Notes: generated by a model from the letters alone, not told the origin. Positions 30,351-39,667 are shown, numbered from the stretch's first letter. The stretch is 64,000 nucleotides of DNA from an uncultured Acidobacteriota bacterium (GCA_963827655.1 CAWHCF010000049.1:192001-256000); one strand, 5' to 3'. Made by a program: numbers and translations.

Positions 30351-30366
30351 TGGTTCGCGAATTGCT
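30351..30366 (+). promoter_or_regulatory. Sigma54 -24/-12 promoter
   Basis: TGGTTC-GCGAA-TTGCT with exact GG-N10-GC spacing. Confidence 0.6.
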
Positions 30367-30448
30367 CTGCCTCTGGTCCGTGTTTGTTTAGTGGTTTTCG
30401 AGAGCTAGGCTATGGCGCAGTCGCGCCATGGCGCGAGGGAGTTGAAAC

Positions 30449-30598
30449 GTGCTCTGGACTGTGTTTGCGATCCTGCTGATCTTGTCGCTTCAAATGGCCG
30501 TGACTGCGGGGACACTCGGCGGGATCATACATTTCTTGCTGATGGTAGCAATCGCTAGCGTACTCGTTCAGTTCCTCCAGAATCGCAGAGCCGTTTAA
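30449..30598 (+). CDS. lmo0937-family (DUF5670-like) small membrane protein, 49 aa
   Basis: Translated by hand: MLWTVFAILLILSLQMAVTAGTLGGIIHFLLMVAIASVLVQFLQNRRAV, with GAGGGAG RBS. Below the ORF-track cut-off. Confidence 0.8.
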   Translation: MLWTVFAILLILSLQMAVTAGTLGGIIHFLLMVAIASVLVQFLQNRRAV

Positions 30599-30635
30599 GA
30601 TTCCGGCTGAGTTACATGATGGAAGGAGAGCGTCT

Positions 30636-30794
30636 ATGACACTTGGAACGATCCTGGTTGTCTTGCTTATTCTAATCCTCCTCGGCGCACTTCCGAGTTG
30701 GCCCTATAGCCGAAGCTGGGGTTACTATCCAAGCGGCCTGTTGGGAACCATTCTCGTTATTGTGATCGTATTACTGCTACTTGGCCGGTTGTAG
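30636..30794 (+). CDS. DUF3309-family small membrane protein, 52 aa
   Basis: Translated by hand: MTLGTILVVLLILILLGALPSWPYSRSWGYYPSGLLGTILVIVIVLLLLGRL, with AAGGAG RBS. Confidence 0.9.
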   Translation: MTLGTILVVLLILILLGALPSWPYSRSWGYYPSGLLGTILVIVIVLLLLGRL

Positions 30795-30897
30795 GACTAC
30801 TGCCCGCTCGACTGAACCGGTTATCCTGGCAATAGAGCACGCCCCTTGAAGGCTGCGTAAGCCTTCATGAGCAGGACTATCCAAGCCCAGAGCTGGC

Positions 30898-31365
30898 ATG
30901 AATACCGGAGATGGCATGAATAGAGAACCAAGCCAGACAATTGCAATCCTCTATAAACTGATTGAAACCTGCAGGGACGGCCAGGAGGGTTTTCTGGCAG
31001 CTGCCGACAGGGTCCCTGACGGTGATCTGAAGGCTCTCTTCAATAGCTATTCACGACAGCGCGCGCAGTTTCTACGGGAATTACAGGAGGAAGTACGCCG
31101 TCGTGGAGGAGAGCTTGAGACAACGGGAAGTCTAACCGGGACGCTCCGTCGGGAATGGATGGAGATGAAAGGCGCGGACGCCGGCGACTGCGAAGGGGCT
31201 ATCATGACCGAATGCGAGCGGGGAGAGGACGCGGCCGTCAAGAATTACCGGGAGGCTTTGGCCGCGGAGTTACCAGGGGATTTGCTTGCGAGAGTCCAGC
31301 AACACTATACCCAGATTCGAGAGTCGCACGATCTGATCCGCGCCCTGGAGAAAGCCAGGACGTGA
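30898..31365 (+). CDS. PA2169-family (DUF2383) four-helix-bundle protein
   Basis: LIETCRDGQEGF and ECERGEDAAVKNYREAL. Confidence 0.88.
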   Translation: MNTGDGMNREPSQTIAILYKLIETCRDGQEGFLAAADRVPDGDLKALFNSYSRQRAQFLRELQEEVRRRGGELETTGSLTGTLRREWMEMKGADAGDCEGAIMTECERGEDAAVKNYREALAAELPGDLLARVQQHYTQIRESHDLIRALEKART

Positions 31366-31484
31366 GAAAAGAACGGCCTATCGACTCATCCTGGTCATAA
31401 TCGAAAGGGGTTCATGCTAGAGTTCCAGTCAGCCACGCTTCCAAACCAAGGGTTGTATGACTGACAGTCAACGGAGAAGACAAA

Positions 31485-32051
31485 ATGAGTAAGCCCAGCC
31501 CCAAAGAAGGCCCTTTTTTGAGTGATGTGAAAGAGCTACGACGCCGCGCCCGGCAGCACATCGATCAGGGTGCCGTAACTTCCGGATATCTGGCTGATCG
31601 CGAAAAAGTCGTTGCAGTCTTGAACGAGGCTCTGGCGACCGAAATTGTCTGCGTTCTTCGATACAAGAGACATTACTTCATGGCCACGGGGATACATGCT
31701 CAGGCCGTGGCGCAGGAGTTTTTGGAGCATGCCAACGACGAACAGGGCCACGCCGATCGTATAGCGGAGCGAATCACACAACTCGGCGGAGACCCCGACT
31801 TCAACCCCGAGGGTCTCGCGACCCGCAGCCACTCGGAATACGTCGAGGGCGAGTCCCTCATCGACATGATCCGCGAGAACCTCGTCGCGGAACGAATCGC
31901 GATCGAGTCATACGGCGAAATCATTCGATTTCTCGGCGACCGCGACATCACTACGCGTCGTCTGATGGAGGAGATTCTTGCGGTCGAAGAAGAACACGCG
32001 GACGACCTTCGAGACTTGATGGCGACATTGGACCCGACGCGGCCAGGCTGA
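31485..32051 (+). CDS. Ferritin-like / Dps-like protein
   Basis: LNEALATEIVCVLRY, EQGHAD, AERIAIESY and EEEHADD. Confidence 0.88.
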   Translation: MSKPSPKEGPFLSDVKELRRRARQHIDQGAVTSGYLADREKVVAVLNEALATEIVCVLRYKRHYFMATGIHAQAVAQEFLEHANDEQGHADRIAERITQLGGDPDFNPEGLATRSHSEYVEGESLIDMIRENLVAERIAIESYGEIIRFLGDRDITTRRLMEEILAVEEEHADDLRDLMATLDPTRPG

Positions 32052-32144
32052 GTCGCTCGGGGCTCAATGCTCCGAGGTCCATAGGGAAAGAGCGTACGCA
32101 GTCTACCCTCGAATGCGTGCGGCACTACAGAAAGGAGCTCTATC

Positions 32145-32633
32145 ATGGCAACTTTGGTAACCGGCATATTCAAAACGCGGTCAGGCGCCGAACGTGCGGT
32201 CAACGACCTCATAAGCAACGGATTCTCGCGCGATGACATAAGCTTGCTGATGTCAGACATGACACGGGGACGAGAGTTCGGTGTGGAAATGGCGACCAAA
32301 GCCCCGGAAGGGGCGGCGGCTGGCGCAACGGTGGGAGGAGTCCTCGGAGCAATTGCGGCCGGCCTGGTCGTTCTCGGGACCATCGTGGTTCCAGGCCTGG
32401 GTCTTCTTGCCGCGGGACCGGTAGTCGCAATCCTGGCAGGACTAGGCGCCGGCGCCGCTGCCGGAGGTCTGACTGGCGCGCTGATTGGCCTTGGAATTCC
32501 GGAACATGAGGCCAAGTTCTTTAACGACGCTATTGAACGCGGCGGAATTCTTGTCGGCGTCTATGCTCACGACGACAAAAAGGAAGTCGCCCGGAAAATC
32601 CTCGATGCCGCCGGGGCCGACAAAGTGAAGTGA
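32145..32633 (+). CDS. General stress membrane protein (YflT-like with glycine zipper)
   Basis: AERAVNDL..GF..DDIS, Gly/Ala zipper, GLGIPEHEAK and GGILV. Confidence 0.75.
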   Translation: MATLVTGIFKTRSGAERAVNDLISNGFSRDDISLLMSDMTRGREFGVEMATKAPEGAAAGATVGGVLGAIAAGLVVLGTIVVPGLGLLAAGPVVAILAGLGAGAAAGGLTGALIGLGIPEHEAKFFNDAIERGGILVGVYAHDDKKEVARKILDAAGADKVK

Positions 32634-32786
32634 CCATAGGCAAAGATTCTTGGTGTTTCTTCGTGTCTTCGCGTCTTAGTGGTATTTGTTTTGTAGCGGT
32701 AACCACCAAGACACGAAGACACTGAGAAGTACGAAGAGCACCTCCGTTCCCCTCCAAGATAAACAAATCTTCCCATTAGATTAGAT

Positions 32787-32802
32787 TGGTTCGCTAATTG
32801 CA
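32787..32802 (+). promoter_or_regulatory. Sigma54 -24/-12 promoter
   Basis: TGGTTC-GCTAA-TTGCA, 14/16 identical to the motif at 30351. Confidence 0.6.
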
Positions 32803-32852
32803 TCACTACTTTGCGTGTTTCATGCTGTTCCCGATTCCTGGGGAGGTTCACG

Positions 32853-33044
32853 ATGAATTGCAGCTTTGAAAAATTGGTGCTTTACCTCGATAGAAAACTG
32901 AATTTGGACGCACAGCTTGAGCTACTGGAACATCTGGAGAAATGTGGGAACTGCTTTGACGCCGTTTATCATATTTCACGCGATCGGGATGCCAGGTTCT
33001 TCGTCCGCCGGCCAATGGAATTGGAGGTTTTGGTGTCAAGTTAA
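32853..33044 (+). CDS. Stand-alone zf-HC2/ZAS-like mini-protein
   Basis: MNC...YLD...LLEHLEKCGNC (HxxxCxxC), GGAGG RBS, no TM helix. Confidence 0.75.
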   Translation: MNCSFEKLVLYLDRKLNLDAQLELLEHLEKCGNCFDAVYHISRDRDARFFVRRPMELEVLVSS

Positions 33045-33208
33045 CGGCTGCTCTTCCATGGGTGGTTGCGGTAACGAAGGTTTCCCCACGGGAGAGTTTC
33101 CCCCCACGAGTTTCCCCCCTTGGCGGAACGTTTGTTCCGGCGCCCGCGCTGAGGCTGCCCAGGCGCGCGGCACCTTTATTACAGGCAGCCAATCATATGG
33201 AGAGAGCA

Positions 33209-33457
33209 ATGAATCAGGATGTCATGGAGGGAAAGTGGAAACAAATACGCGGGGAGGTAAAGAAGTGGTGGGGCCAGCTCACCGATGATGATCTCGACAC
33301 GGTGGCCGGCAATAAAGACAAGTTGATTGGAAAGCTGCAGGAAAGGTATGGCTACGCCAAGGAGAAGGCGGAAGAAGAAGTCGATCGGCGCTTGCGAGAG
33401 TACACAGCGGCGCAGAGAGATTTCGTCCAGCCTGCAGGCTCCAAAGGGTCCAGGTAA
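33209..33457 (+). CDS. CsbD/YjbJ-family stress protein
   Basis: MNQDVMEGKWKQIRGEVKKWWGQLTDDDL...LQERYG. Confidence 0.93.
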   Translation: MNQDVMEGKWKQIRGEVKKWWGQLTDDDLDTVAGNKDKLIGKLQERYGYAKEKAEEEVDRRLREYTAAQRDFVQPAGSKGSR

Positions 33458-33482
33458 GAGCTGGCCCGAATGATTGCGGAGC

Positions 33483-33514
33483 AAAGGGGGGTGTTCACAC
33501 CCCCCTTTTCTTCT
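33483..33514. terminator. Intrinsic terminator
   Basis: AAAGGGGGGTGT-TC-ACACCCCCCTTTTCTTCT after the csbD-like gene. Confidence 0.8.
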
Positions 33515-33551
33515 GTTCCCTATGTTCGCGCCATAACCGGGAAGGAACTTC

Positions 33552-33994
33552 ATGCCTAAGAAAAGCAAAGCCACGCCGGGAGAAAGGAAGCCGTGCCGGC
33601 GGCGCAGCAGTGACCGAAGAGTCAAAGCGCGCGCCGGAGCCCGAGGTACAACAAGAGTTCGATGATGCTCAGCGTCTGGGGTCTGGCAGCGATCAGCTTT
33701 TACGCCGCCTTCGTGACCACCACTCCAGGACGCCCAAGTTATCGGGGGGTGATATTGATGCGGCCTGGGATCTGGCCGACGTCGGGGAAGAGACCGTAGG
33801 CGGTTCGACGCCGACGCCCGATCAGAACGTTGTGGATGAACTAGGCGAAGCCGTGGGACTGACCTACCAGGATAACGAAGAGCTACACACTGACTGAGAA
33901 GCTTGAAAAACGTGACCGGCACCGTTGGGATCTCGATCCTGCCTCGGCTGACGATTATCCAGAGCGCAGCAAGCGGAAGAAGGACGGAGCCTAG
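33552..33994 (+). CDS. DUF6335-like protein (frameshifted near 33600 and 33893)
   Basis: LSGGDIDAAW..ADVGEETVGGSTPTPDQNVVDELGEAVG, continuing in another frame as EKLEKRDRHRWDLDPASADDY. Confidence 0.75.
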
Positions 33995-34000
33995 CGTCTT

Positions 34001-34091
34001 CGAAATTCGGTGACAGGCACCAAATTGCGGGTCAAGAGAAGCCAAAGGCTGGTGTTTTGCCACGCAATTTGGTGCCTGTCACCGAATTTCG
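34001..34091. repeat. Perfect 29-bp inverted repeat (REP-like) between convergent genes
   Basis: CGAAATTCGGTGACAGGCACCAAATTGCG-N33-CGCAATTTGGTGCCTGTCACCGAATTTCG. Confidence 0.9.
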
Positions 34092-34120
34092 AGGCGACGA
34101 AGACGCCAACAGATGGGCAC

Positions 34121-34579
34121 TTACCGATGGCGGAAGAATTCCAGCGCGATCTCCGACAGTGCGTTAATTGCGGGTTCCGCATATCGGCCGGTTCGACGGC
34201 GCGAGCCGCCACTGGCAAGCAGCAGGCCGACTCCGATCCCGGCTCCGAAAGCTATCAGCGTCAATTGGCCCGGATGTTCGCGCCCAAAGCTCATGGCCTG
34301 GTCATAGGTTGAACTGACCGCTTGTGCAGTCTTGTCGTAAGCCTCGTTGACCGTCTTTCGCGTCTGGTCGTAGACTTCCGTGGCGCGATCTCGCAACTGA
34401 GATCCGGCTTCCGCGGCGCGGTCTCGCAACTCAGCGCCGACTTCGGCGGCACGATTCCGGAACTCACTGCCGGCGGTCGGGTTATTGGGATTGCCCCCGG
34501 CTGACCACCTGGGTTCTCCACCCGTGCTATGGACACTGCCGGGTCTTTCCAGTTCGGGATTGGGTTTGTTCGGTTCCAT
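34121..34579 (-). CDS. ElaB/YqjD/DUF883-like tail-anchored stress protein
   Basis: 11-aa amphipathic repeats (LRDRAAE) followed by REHPGQLTLIAFGAGIGVGLLL. Confidence 0.75.
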   Translation of the reverse strand: MEPNKPNPELERPGSVHSTGGEPRWSAGGNPNNPTAGSEFRNRAAEVGAELRDRAAEAGSQLRDRATEVYDQTRKTVNEAYDKTAQAVSSTYDQAMSFGREHPGQLTLIAFGAGIGVGLLLASGGSRRRTGRYAEPAINALSEIALEFFRHR

Positions 34580-34652
34580 AAGATGATTCCTCCTTTTTAA
34601 AGTTTTATCTAACGCTGCTACTGAGGGGTACGTTCTTCGGGCTCGAGCCGGT

Positions 34653-35111
34653 TTATTCGGCTGCCGGGTCAGGCTGCTCCCAGCGCGTATCGCTCCCGCT
34701 CCTGGTGGATTTGAAGGCTTGAACGACCGCCTTCGTGAGTACTCCAGCGATTGCCGATCTAAGAAAACTCGGGCCTGCCGTCCTCAGGAACAGGCTGGTT
34801 ACGGAATGGCGCACGTCATCTGTGAAGTCCTCAATGGTTTCGGCCAGAGCATCCATGATCCGCTCCCGAGGCGTGGGGCGATGCTTGAAGGCCCCGGAAA
34901 TGAGGACACCCACGGCCGCCGCCGCGCCCAGCGCCATGTAGGGATGCTGTGCGACCTGCTCACGCCAGTCCAGCTTTCGCTGTAGATGCTCACCCAGGCG
35001 ATCGACCGTTTCAGATATGGACTCGCGCTTGGCCGCAATATCCTGACGTATTTCTTCGGCGCTCCTTTGCCAGGGTTGTTCAACGCTTCTCAGGTCATTT
35101 CTTTCAGCCAT
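34653..35111 (-). CDS. DUF3618-domain protein
   Basis: SAEEIRQDIAAKRESISETVDRL and HPYMALGAA. Confidence 0.75.
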   Translation of the reverse strand: MAERNDLRSVEQPWQRSAEEIRQDIAAKRESISETVDRLGEHLQRKLDWREQVAQHPYMALGAAAAVGVLISGAFKHRPTPRERIMDALAETIEDFTDDVRHSVTSLFLRTAGPSFLRSAIAGVLTKAVVQAFKSTRSGSDTRWEQPDPAAE

Positions 35112-35494
35112 TCCTTGTCCTCCTTCAGGGAACGAACAGTCTCTTTCGGCTTTAGACGGGCCCGCTTGAGCCGGCGAATGCCCGACGAGGCTACGATCCC
35201 ACCAACTAGAGCCAGCCCGAGTCCGATAATGAGCGCCGACATGCCGATACCGATAAGAATGCCGAGACCGATGACCGCTGCGGCGCAAAGCGTGAAGAGC
35301 GCTAGAAGGCCAAGCACCACGCTGACGGCGAGTGTGACGAGACCCGACCGCAGCCTCGCCAGGTTCTCGCGCATTTCCTCTTTGGCAAGCTCGATCTGGT
35401 CCCGGATCAAAGCCGCGGAAGTGCTTGCCAGCTGGCTCAATAGCTCGCCGAACGACTCGCGGGGCTCACTGGTTTCCACCTGACGCTGATTCAT
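35090..35494 (-). CDS. YqjE-like ('phage holin family') membrane protein
   Basis: SFGELLSQL...LIRDQIELAKEEM, two TM helices, PKETVRSLKEDKEWLK. Confidence 0.85.
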   Translation of the reverse strand: MNQRQVETSEPRESFGELLSQLASTSAALIRDQIELAKEEMRENLARLRSGLVTLAVSVVLGLLALFTLCAAAVIGLGILIGIGMSALIIGLGLALVGGIVASSGIRRLKRARLKPKETVRSLKEDKEWLKEMT

Positions 35495-35498
35495 AGAC

Positions 35499-35864
35499 TC
35501 ATCTCCGTCTGAACAGACTTCCTATGATGAGTCCGGCGGCTGCGGCAATTAGCAGACTTCGGCCTGGGTTGCGGCGAACCTTTTCCTCAATGTCAGACCT
35601 GACCGTCTGAAAGTCCATGTCCCGCACATAATCTGCTGAAGCGTTCAACCAGCGCGATGCCTGGTAACCATAATGACTCAAGTTGCTCTGCTCGCCTGCC
35701 TCCTCGACCTTATCCTGGATGACACCGGCGGCGGTGCGCAGTGAATCAGAAACGCTCGCCTTCAGGTTGCTAAACGTCGAACCTGAGCTTTCGAAAGTCG
35801 ATTCGGAGACAGCCCTTTCGGGGAAATCCATCGGGATATCTTGCGAACTGTTTTTTTCTTCCAT
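35499..35864 (-). CDS. ElaB/DUF883-like protein
   Basis: C-terminal VRRNPGRSLLIAAAAGLIIGSLFRRR. Confidence 0.8.
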   Translation of the reverse strand: MEEKNSSQDIPMDFPERAVSESTFESSGSTFSNLKASVSDSLRTAAGVIQDKVEEAGEQSNLSHYGYQASRWLNASADYVRDMDFQTVRSDIEEKVRRNPGRSLLIAAAAGLIIGSLFRRR

Positions 35865-35989
35865 TATTCAAAACCTCGACAGGTACCAATCTTCCTTGTC
35901 CGGGAACCATGGGGCGACAAACGAGGACACACAATCGCCCCGTCGCTTCGATGTTTACAATCCACTCTCGGCACTTCGCGCTTAACGAG

Positions 35990-36005
35990 TGCAAAGTCTG
36001 TGCCA
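35990..36005 (-). promoter_or_regulatory. Sigma54 -24/-12 promoter
   Basis: Minus strand TGGCAC-AGACT-TTGCA matches the consensus. Confidence 0.8.
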
Positions 36006-36094
36006 GCGTGAAATCAGGTTCATTATCAGACTCGCGTTCGAACGACTTCGGGTATTCGGTTCAGGCGAATCTCAAGTCATATCGATAAACACCT

Positions 36095-36107
36095 GGGAAA
36101 TTTTCCC
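36095..36107. promoter_or_regulatory. Palindrome GGGAAA-T-TTTCCC, putative enhancer
   Basis: About 90 bp upstream of the sigma54 motif at 35990-36005. Identical to the 30211 site when read in the direction of transcription. Confidence 0.55.
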
Positions 36108-36137
36108 GCCGCGAAGGGCTTAACGTTGCTTGCTGAG

Positions 36138-37707
36138 TCAGGGATTTTCAATGACTAGCGGGCGGGGTTCAGGAGAGATCTCATCTTCGACGGCGAGGTC
36201 GCTTATGGCAGGACCATTGATGACTCTGCCGTAGTGGTCGAAACGTGAGCCATGGCAGGGGCAATCCCAGGTTCCCTCGGCTGAGTTCCACGCTACCACG
36301 CAGCCGAGATGGGTACAGACGGCCGACCGGCCGTGCAGGTTCCCGCGCACATCCCGGTAGACCGCGACCTTCTTGAGTCCTCGGCGGACGACCGCGCCGG
36401 TCCCAGGCTGAATGTCGTCGGTAGACGAGACTTCGCCTCCGGTCAGCCAGTCCGTGTATTGGACCGCGACATTTATATTCTCTCGCGTGAATTCTGCAGC
36501 GGCTCTAAGGGTAATGCGCGACGGATCATAGAGAGCTTCCCAGGGATTCTTTCTTCCCTGAATCATGTCAGTCAGGAGAATACCGGCAATGGTTCCGTGC
36601 GTCATGCCTTGTCCCGAATCTCCGGTCGCGACGTATACATTGGACTGATCCAGGGGGTTGTGTCCGATGAATGCAAGGTAATCTATCGGCTCCATGACCT
36701 GTCCGGACCATCGGAACTCGATCCCTTCAATCATGGGAAATCGAGCGCCGGCCCATTCTTCAAGCTGAGCCCAACGCTGCGCCGCGTCGTTGGCTTGCCC
36801 CGTCTTGTGATCTTCGCCTCCTACGATAAGGAGATCATAGCCCTGGCTCGGTTCCTCCTGCAGCCTGATGTAGTGATAAGGGTCGGCTGTGTCCCAGAAG
36901 AGACCCTTGCCTACCGATCCTGGCTTTACTCGTGCGCCGATCACGTATGTCCGGTATGCCGCCTGCTTCGTGTGAATGGAAACCAGATCGTTGACCGGGG
37001 TATTGGTCGCAACCACGACCGCCTGGGCGGTAACAACCCGGCCGTTATTCGCTGTGATACGCGCGGGAACGCCTCCCTTGATGCTGTCCACATGGGTGCC
37101 CGTCTTGATAACCCCCCTATATTTGTTTTCGATTGCGTGGACAACTCCCGCCAGGTACTTCAAGGGATGAAACTGTCCCTGGCGTGGAAAGCGGAGACAA
37201 GGTCCGGTGTCGAAGGCTTTGAGCGGCGCATGGTCGAGGCGGCGCACCTGTGTCAAACCCGCGCGGTGCGCTGCTTCGAGTTCACGGTCGAGCAGTTCTC
37301 TGGATCCTCCTGGATGGAGAAAGAGGTAACCGTCGACTCTTTCGAAATCGCAATCGATTGCCTCTTCGGCCACAATGGATTCAATGCGGTCGATTGCCGT
37401 CGTGTGACTCTCGGCGCACAGCCGCGCTCCCTCTTGCCCATGGAGGCGCTCGATCTCGAAGTAGCGGTCGTCCATTGCGTTACTGAGGTGCGCCGTGGTG
37501 CGCGAGGTTTCGCCGCCCCCGATCAAACCGTCGTCGAGAACCACTACCGATTTCCCTTCGCGCGCCAGGCAATAGGCGGTGGTTATTCCCGCGATTCCGC
37601 GCGCCCACGATGCAGACGTCGGCATTTAGATCCTGGAGCAGCGAGCCTCGTGGAGCGGGTGCGGCATCCATCCAGACCGACACGCTTCGCCCGGACTCGT
37701 TGTTCAT
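36138..37707 (-). CDS. FAD-dependent oxidoreductase with C-terminal Rieske domain (YhfW-like), frameshift near 37600
   Basis: DVCIVGA and GIAGITTAY are split by one extra base. TSRTTAH, CTHLGC and [10 protein letters not shown]. Confidence 0.9.
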
Positions 37708-38224
37708 GATTCGCTCCTTTGCCCGGAAGACGAAACTTGCGTGAGCTGTGGATTAGGTAGTCGCCGGACTGGCTCAAGCCTCCATTCGACGATCTCACTT
37801 GCATCTGCGGTGATGCGAATGTAACGAATGGTCCCCTCGTACCCCGGCATTGCTGCCCGCACCTGGTGCCTTCCTGAAGGGAGGTCGCTCAGGATGATTG
37901 GAGAAGTACCCAGTTGCTGCCCATCGACGAAGATTGTCGCGCCCGGTGGTGATGTGCGTACATGAAGTTGTCCATAGCGTGGCCGTAGCGTCTCAAGCAT
38001 GAAGCCGGCGCAGTAGACAAGGACTGCCATCGCCGTAAGCCCGGCGATGCACGCCGGCAATCGGCCCGAAGCCCCTCGCCGCGCGGAATTGTGCAGTTTT
38101 GATTTTGAACCATGATGCACGGAACGGCAGCTGGATGCAGTTCCGCAGCATCAATAGGACAGAACCGAAAATACGCTGGATAAACATTACCGCAAGAATT
38201 ACACCCGATCTTTCCCGTTCGCAT
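37704..38224 (-). CDS. Zinc-ribbon - TM - PEGA domain protein (frameshift near 38125)
   Basis: N-terminal CNSC...FCPID in one frame; TM helix and PEGA motif VRTSPPGATIFVDG...GTSP...GRHQV in the next. ATGA overlap with the oxidoreductase gene. Confidence 0.7.
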
Positions 38225-38300
38225 GTGCCAGCCCCCCGTATCGGTTAAGCCTTATGGCCGCCGCCTTCAGCGCGGTGAGAGAGCACTCGGCGCATTTCCA

Positions 38301-38316
38301 GGCAATCGACGTGCCA
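38301..38316 (-). promoter_or_regulatory. Sigma54 -24/-12 promoter
   Basis: Minus strand TGGCAC-GTCGA-TTGCC. Palindrome variant GGGAAAATATTCCC lies at 38394-38407. Confidence 0.75.
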
Positions 38317-38509
38317 CAGCAACGTCGAGGGTTAACCCCTGTTTGATCGAGAGGATTCCTTGATGATGTGAACGTAGGTCCACACGTCCGCCAGGGAAAA
38401 TATTCCCCTTTCGGCTTGCGTCTTTGAGTCTTTGCGGTGAGTGCAGAAAAAGGCGAAAGCCACGTCCTGCTTTCGCTCGATTGACGATTGGACTCCTGAG
38501 GTCGCTATT

Positions 38510-39667
38510 TTACGGAATCTCCTCGATCTGAAAGCCTAAAGCTCCGAGCGTCGCCCCCAGCGCGGTTTGCCCTGGCGAGATTCCAACAAGGAAGTGCCGG
38601 AACTCCGGTCGCAACGGGTATTCATCTCGCAGCCGGTCAAAGTCCCCGGCGATCTGGTCGGGTGAGAGAGATCTCAGAGCCCGGAGGTTTGCGTCATCCT
38701 GCATAATGTCGTAAGCCTGGAGCACAACCGAGTGCAGAGCATCCTGTCCTGTGCTTTCGGGCGCTGGACGAATCTTGCGCGGCGGCGGATAAGCCAGCGC
38801 GCTGTCCCAGGGGTTGGCGCAACCGAAATGCCGGCACAGCGCCTCCAGAATCATCTCGATCCCCCGGATCTTTCCATCCACGGAATACCCGGCAATATGG
38901 GGGGTCCCGATGTCGACGAGGTCGAGAAGAGTCGGGTCAACCCTGGGTTCGCCCTCCCAGACATCCAGGACAGCTCCGCTGAGGGCTTTTTTGTTCAGAG
39001 CGTCTTTCAGCGCGGGCTCGTGGATCACGGATCCACGCGCCGCGTTGATCAGGAATTGTTGAGGGTTGAGACGGTCGAGAATGCCTTCGTGAATCATGTG
39101 CCGCGTCGGATACTTCCCCGAGCTGGTAAGCGGCACGTGAAGACTTAAGATGTCTTTGTCAAGAACGTCTTCGAAGAAGAGGTAGCGCGGGTCCCGAGTG
39201 CTCTCTCTCAGCGGTGGATCACAAAGGTGCAGCGACATTCCCAGGGCTCGCGCTTTGGTCGCCACTGCGCTTCCTACGCGCCCAGCCCCGATGACCGCAA
39301 TCGACTTGTGCCGCAGGCTGAATTTCCGGGCCTGGCCCAGGACTAATAGCGCGGCGACGACATACTCGGATACCGAATTGGCATTGCACCCTGCCGCATT
39401 CGTGAAGACGATGCCTCGCGATTTCAGGTATTCCTGGTCCACGTGATCCATTCCGATGGTAACGCTTCCCACGAAGCGAACGGCGCTTCGTTCGAGCGCG
39501 CCCGCGTCGACGCGGGTAGCAGACCGGACTATCAATGCATCGGCGTCTCGAACACAGGACGGGGGCAGCCTTCTCCCGTCGAAGGGTCGTACTTCACCGA
39601 GAGGCGAAAAGGCGTCTTCCCAATACGGAATTGCGCCATCTACTGCAAGAATCAGTCGGCGGTTCAT
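38510..39667 (-). CDS. pdxB: Erythronate-4-phosphate dehydrogenase
   Basis: LIVRSAT, IGMDHVD, NAAGCNANSVSEY, DVWEGEP, TPHIAGYSVDGK and YPLRPEF. Confidence 0.9.
   Translation of the reverse strand: MNRRLILAVDGAIPYWEDAFSPLGEVRPFDGRRLPPSCVRDADALIVRSATRVDAGALERSAVRFVGSVTIGMDHVDQEYLKSRGIVFTNAAGCNANSVSEYVVAALLVLGQARKFSLRHKSIAVIGAGRVGSAVATKARALGMSLHLCDPPLRESTRDPRYLFFEDVLDKDILSLHVPLTSSGKYPTRHMIHEGILDRLNPQQFLINAARGSVIHEPALKDALNKKALSGAVLDVWEGEPRVDPTLLDLVDIGTPHIAGYSVDGKIRGIEMILEALCRHFGCANPWDSALAYPPPRKIRPAPESTGQDALHSVVLQAYDIMQDDANLRALRSLSPDQIAGDFDRLRDEYPLRPEFRHFLVGISPGQTALGATLGALGFQIEEIP

Noticed and set aside
35090-35494. Prophage lysis gene ('phage holin family')
   Set aside because: It is a YqjE-like protein in the usual ElaB-YqjE-DUF3618 stress context, with no phage genes nearby.
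36309-37709. 466-aa plus-strand ORF (and similar long ORFs such as 33179-34063, 47642-48700 and 61205-62260)
   Set aside because: These are antisense shadows of well-supported genes in GC-rich DNA and show no recognisable motifs.
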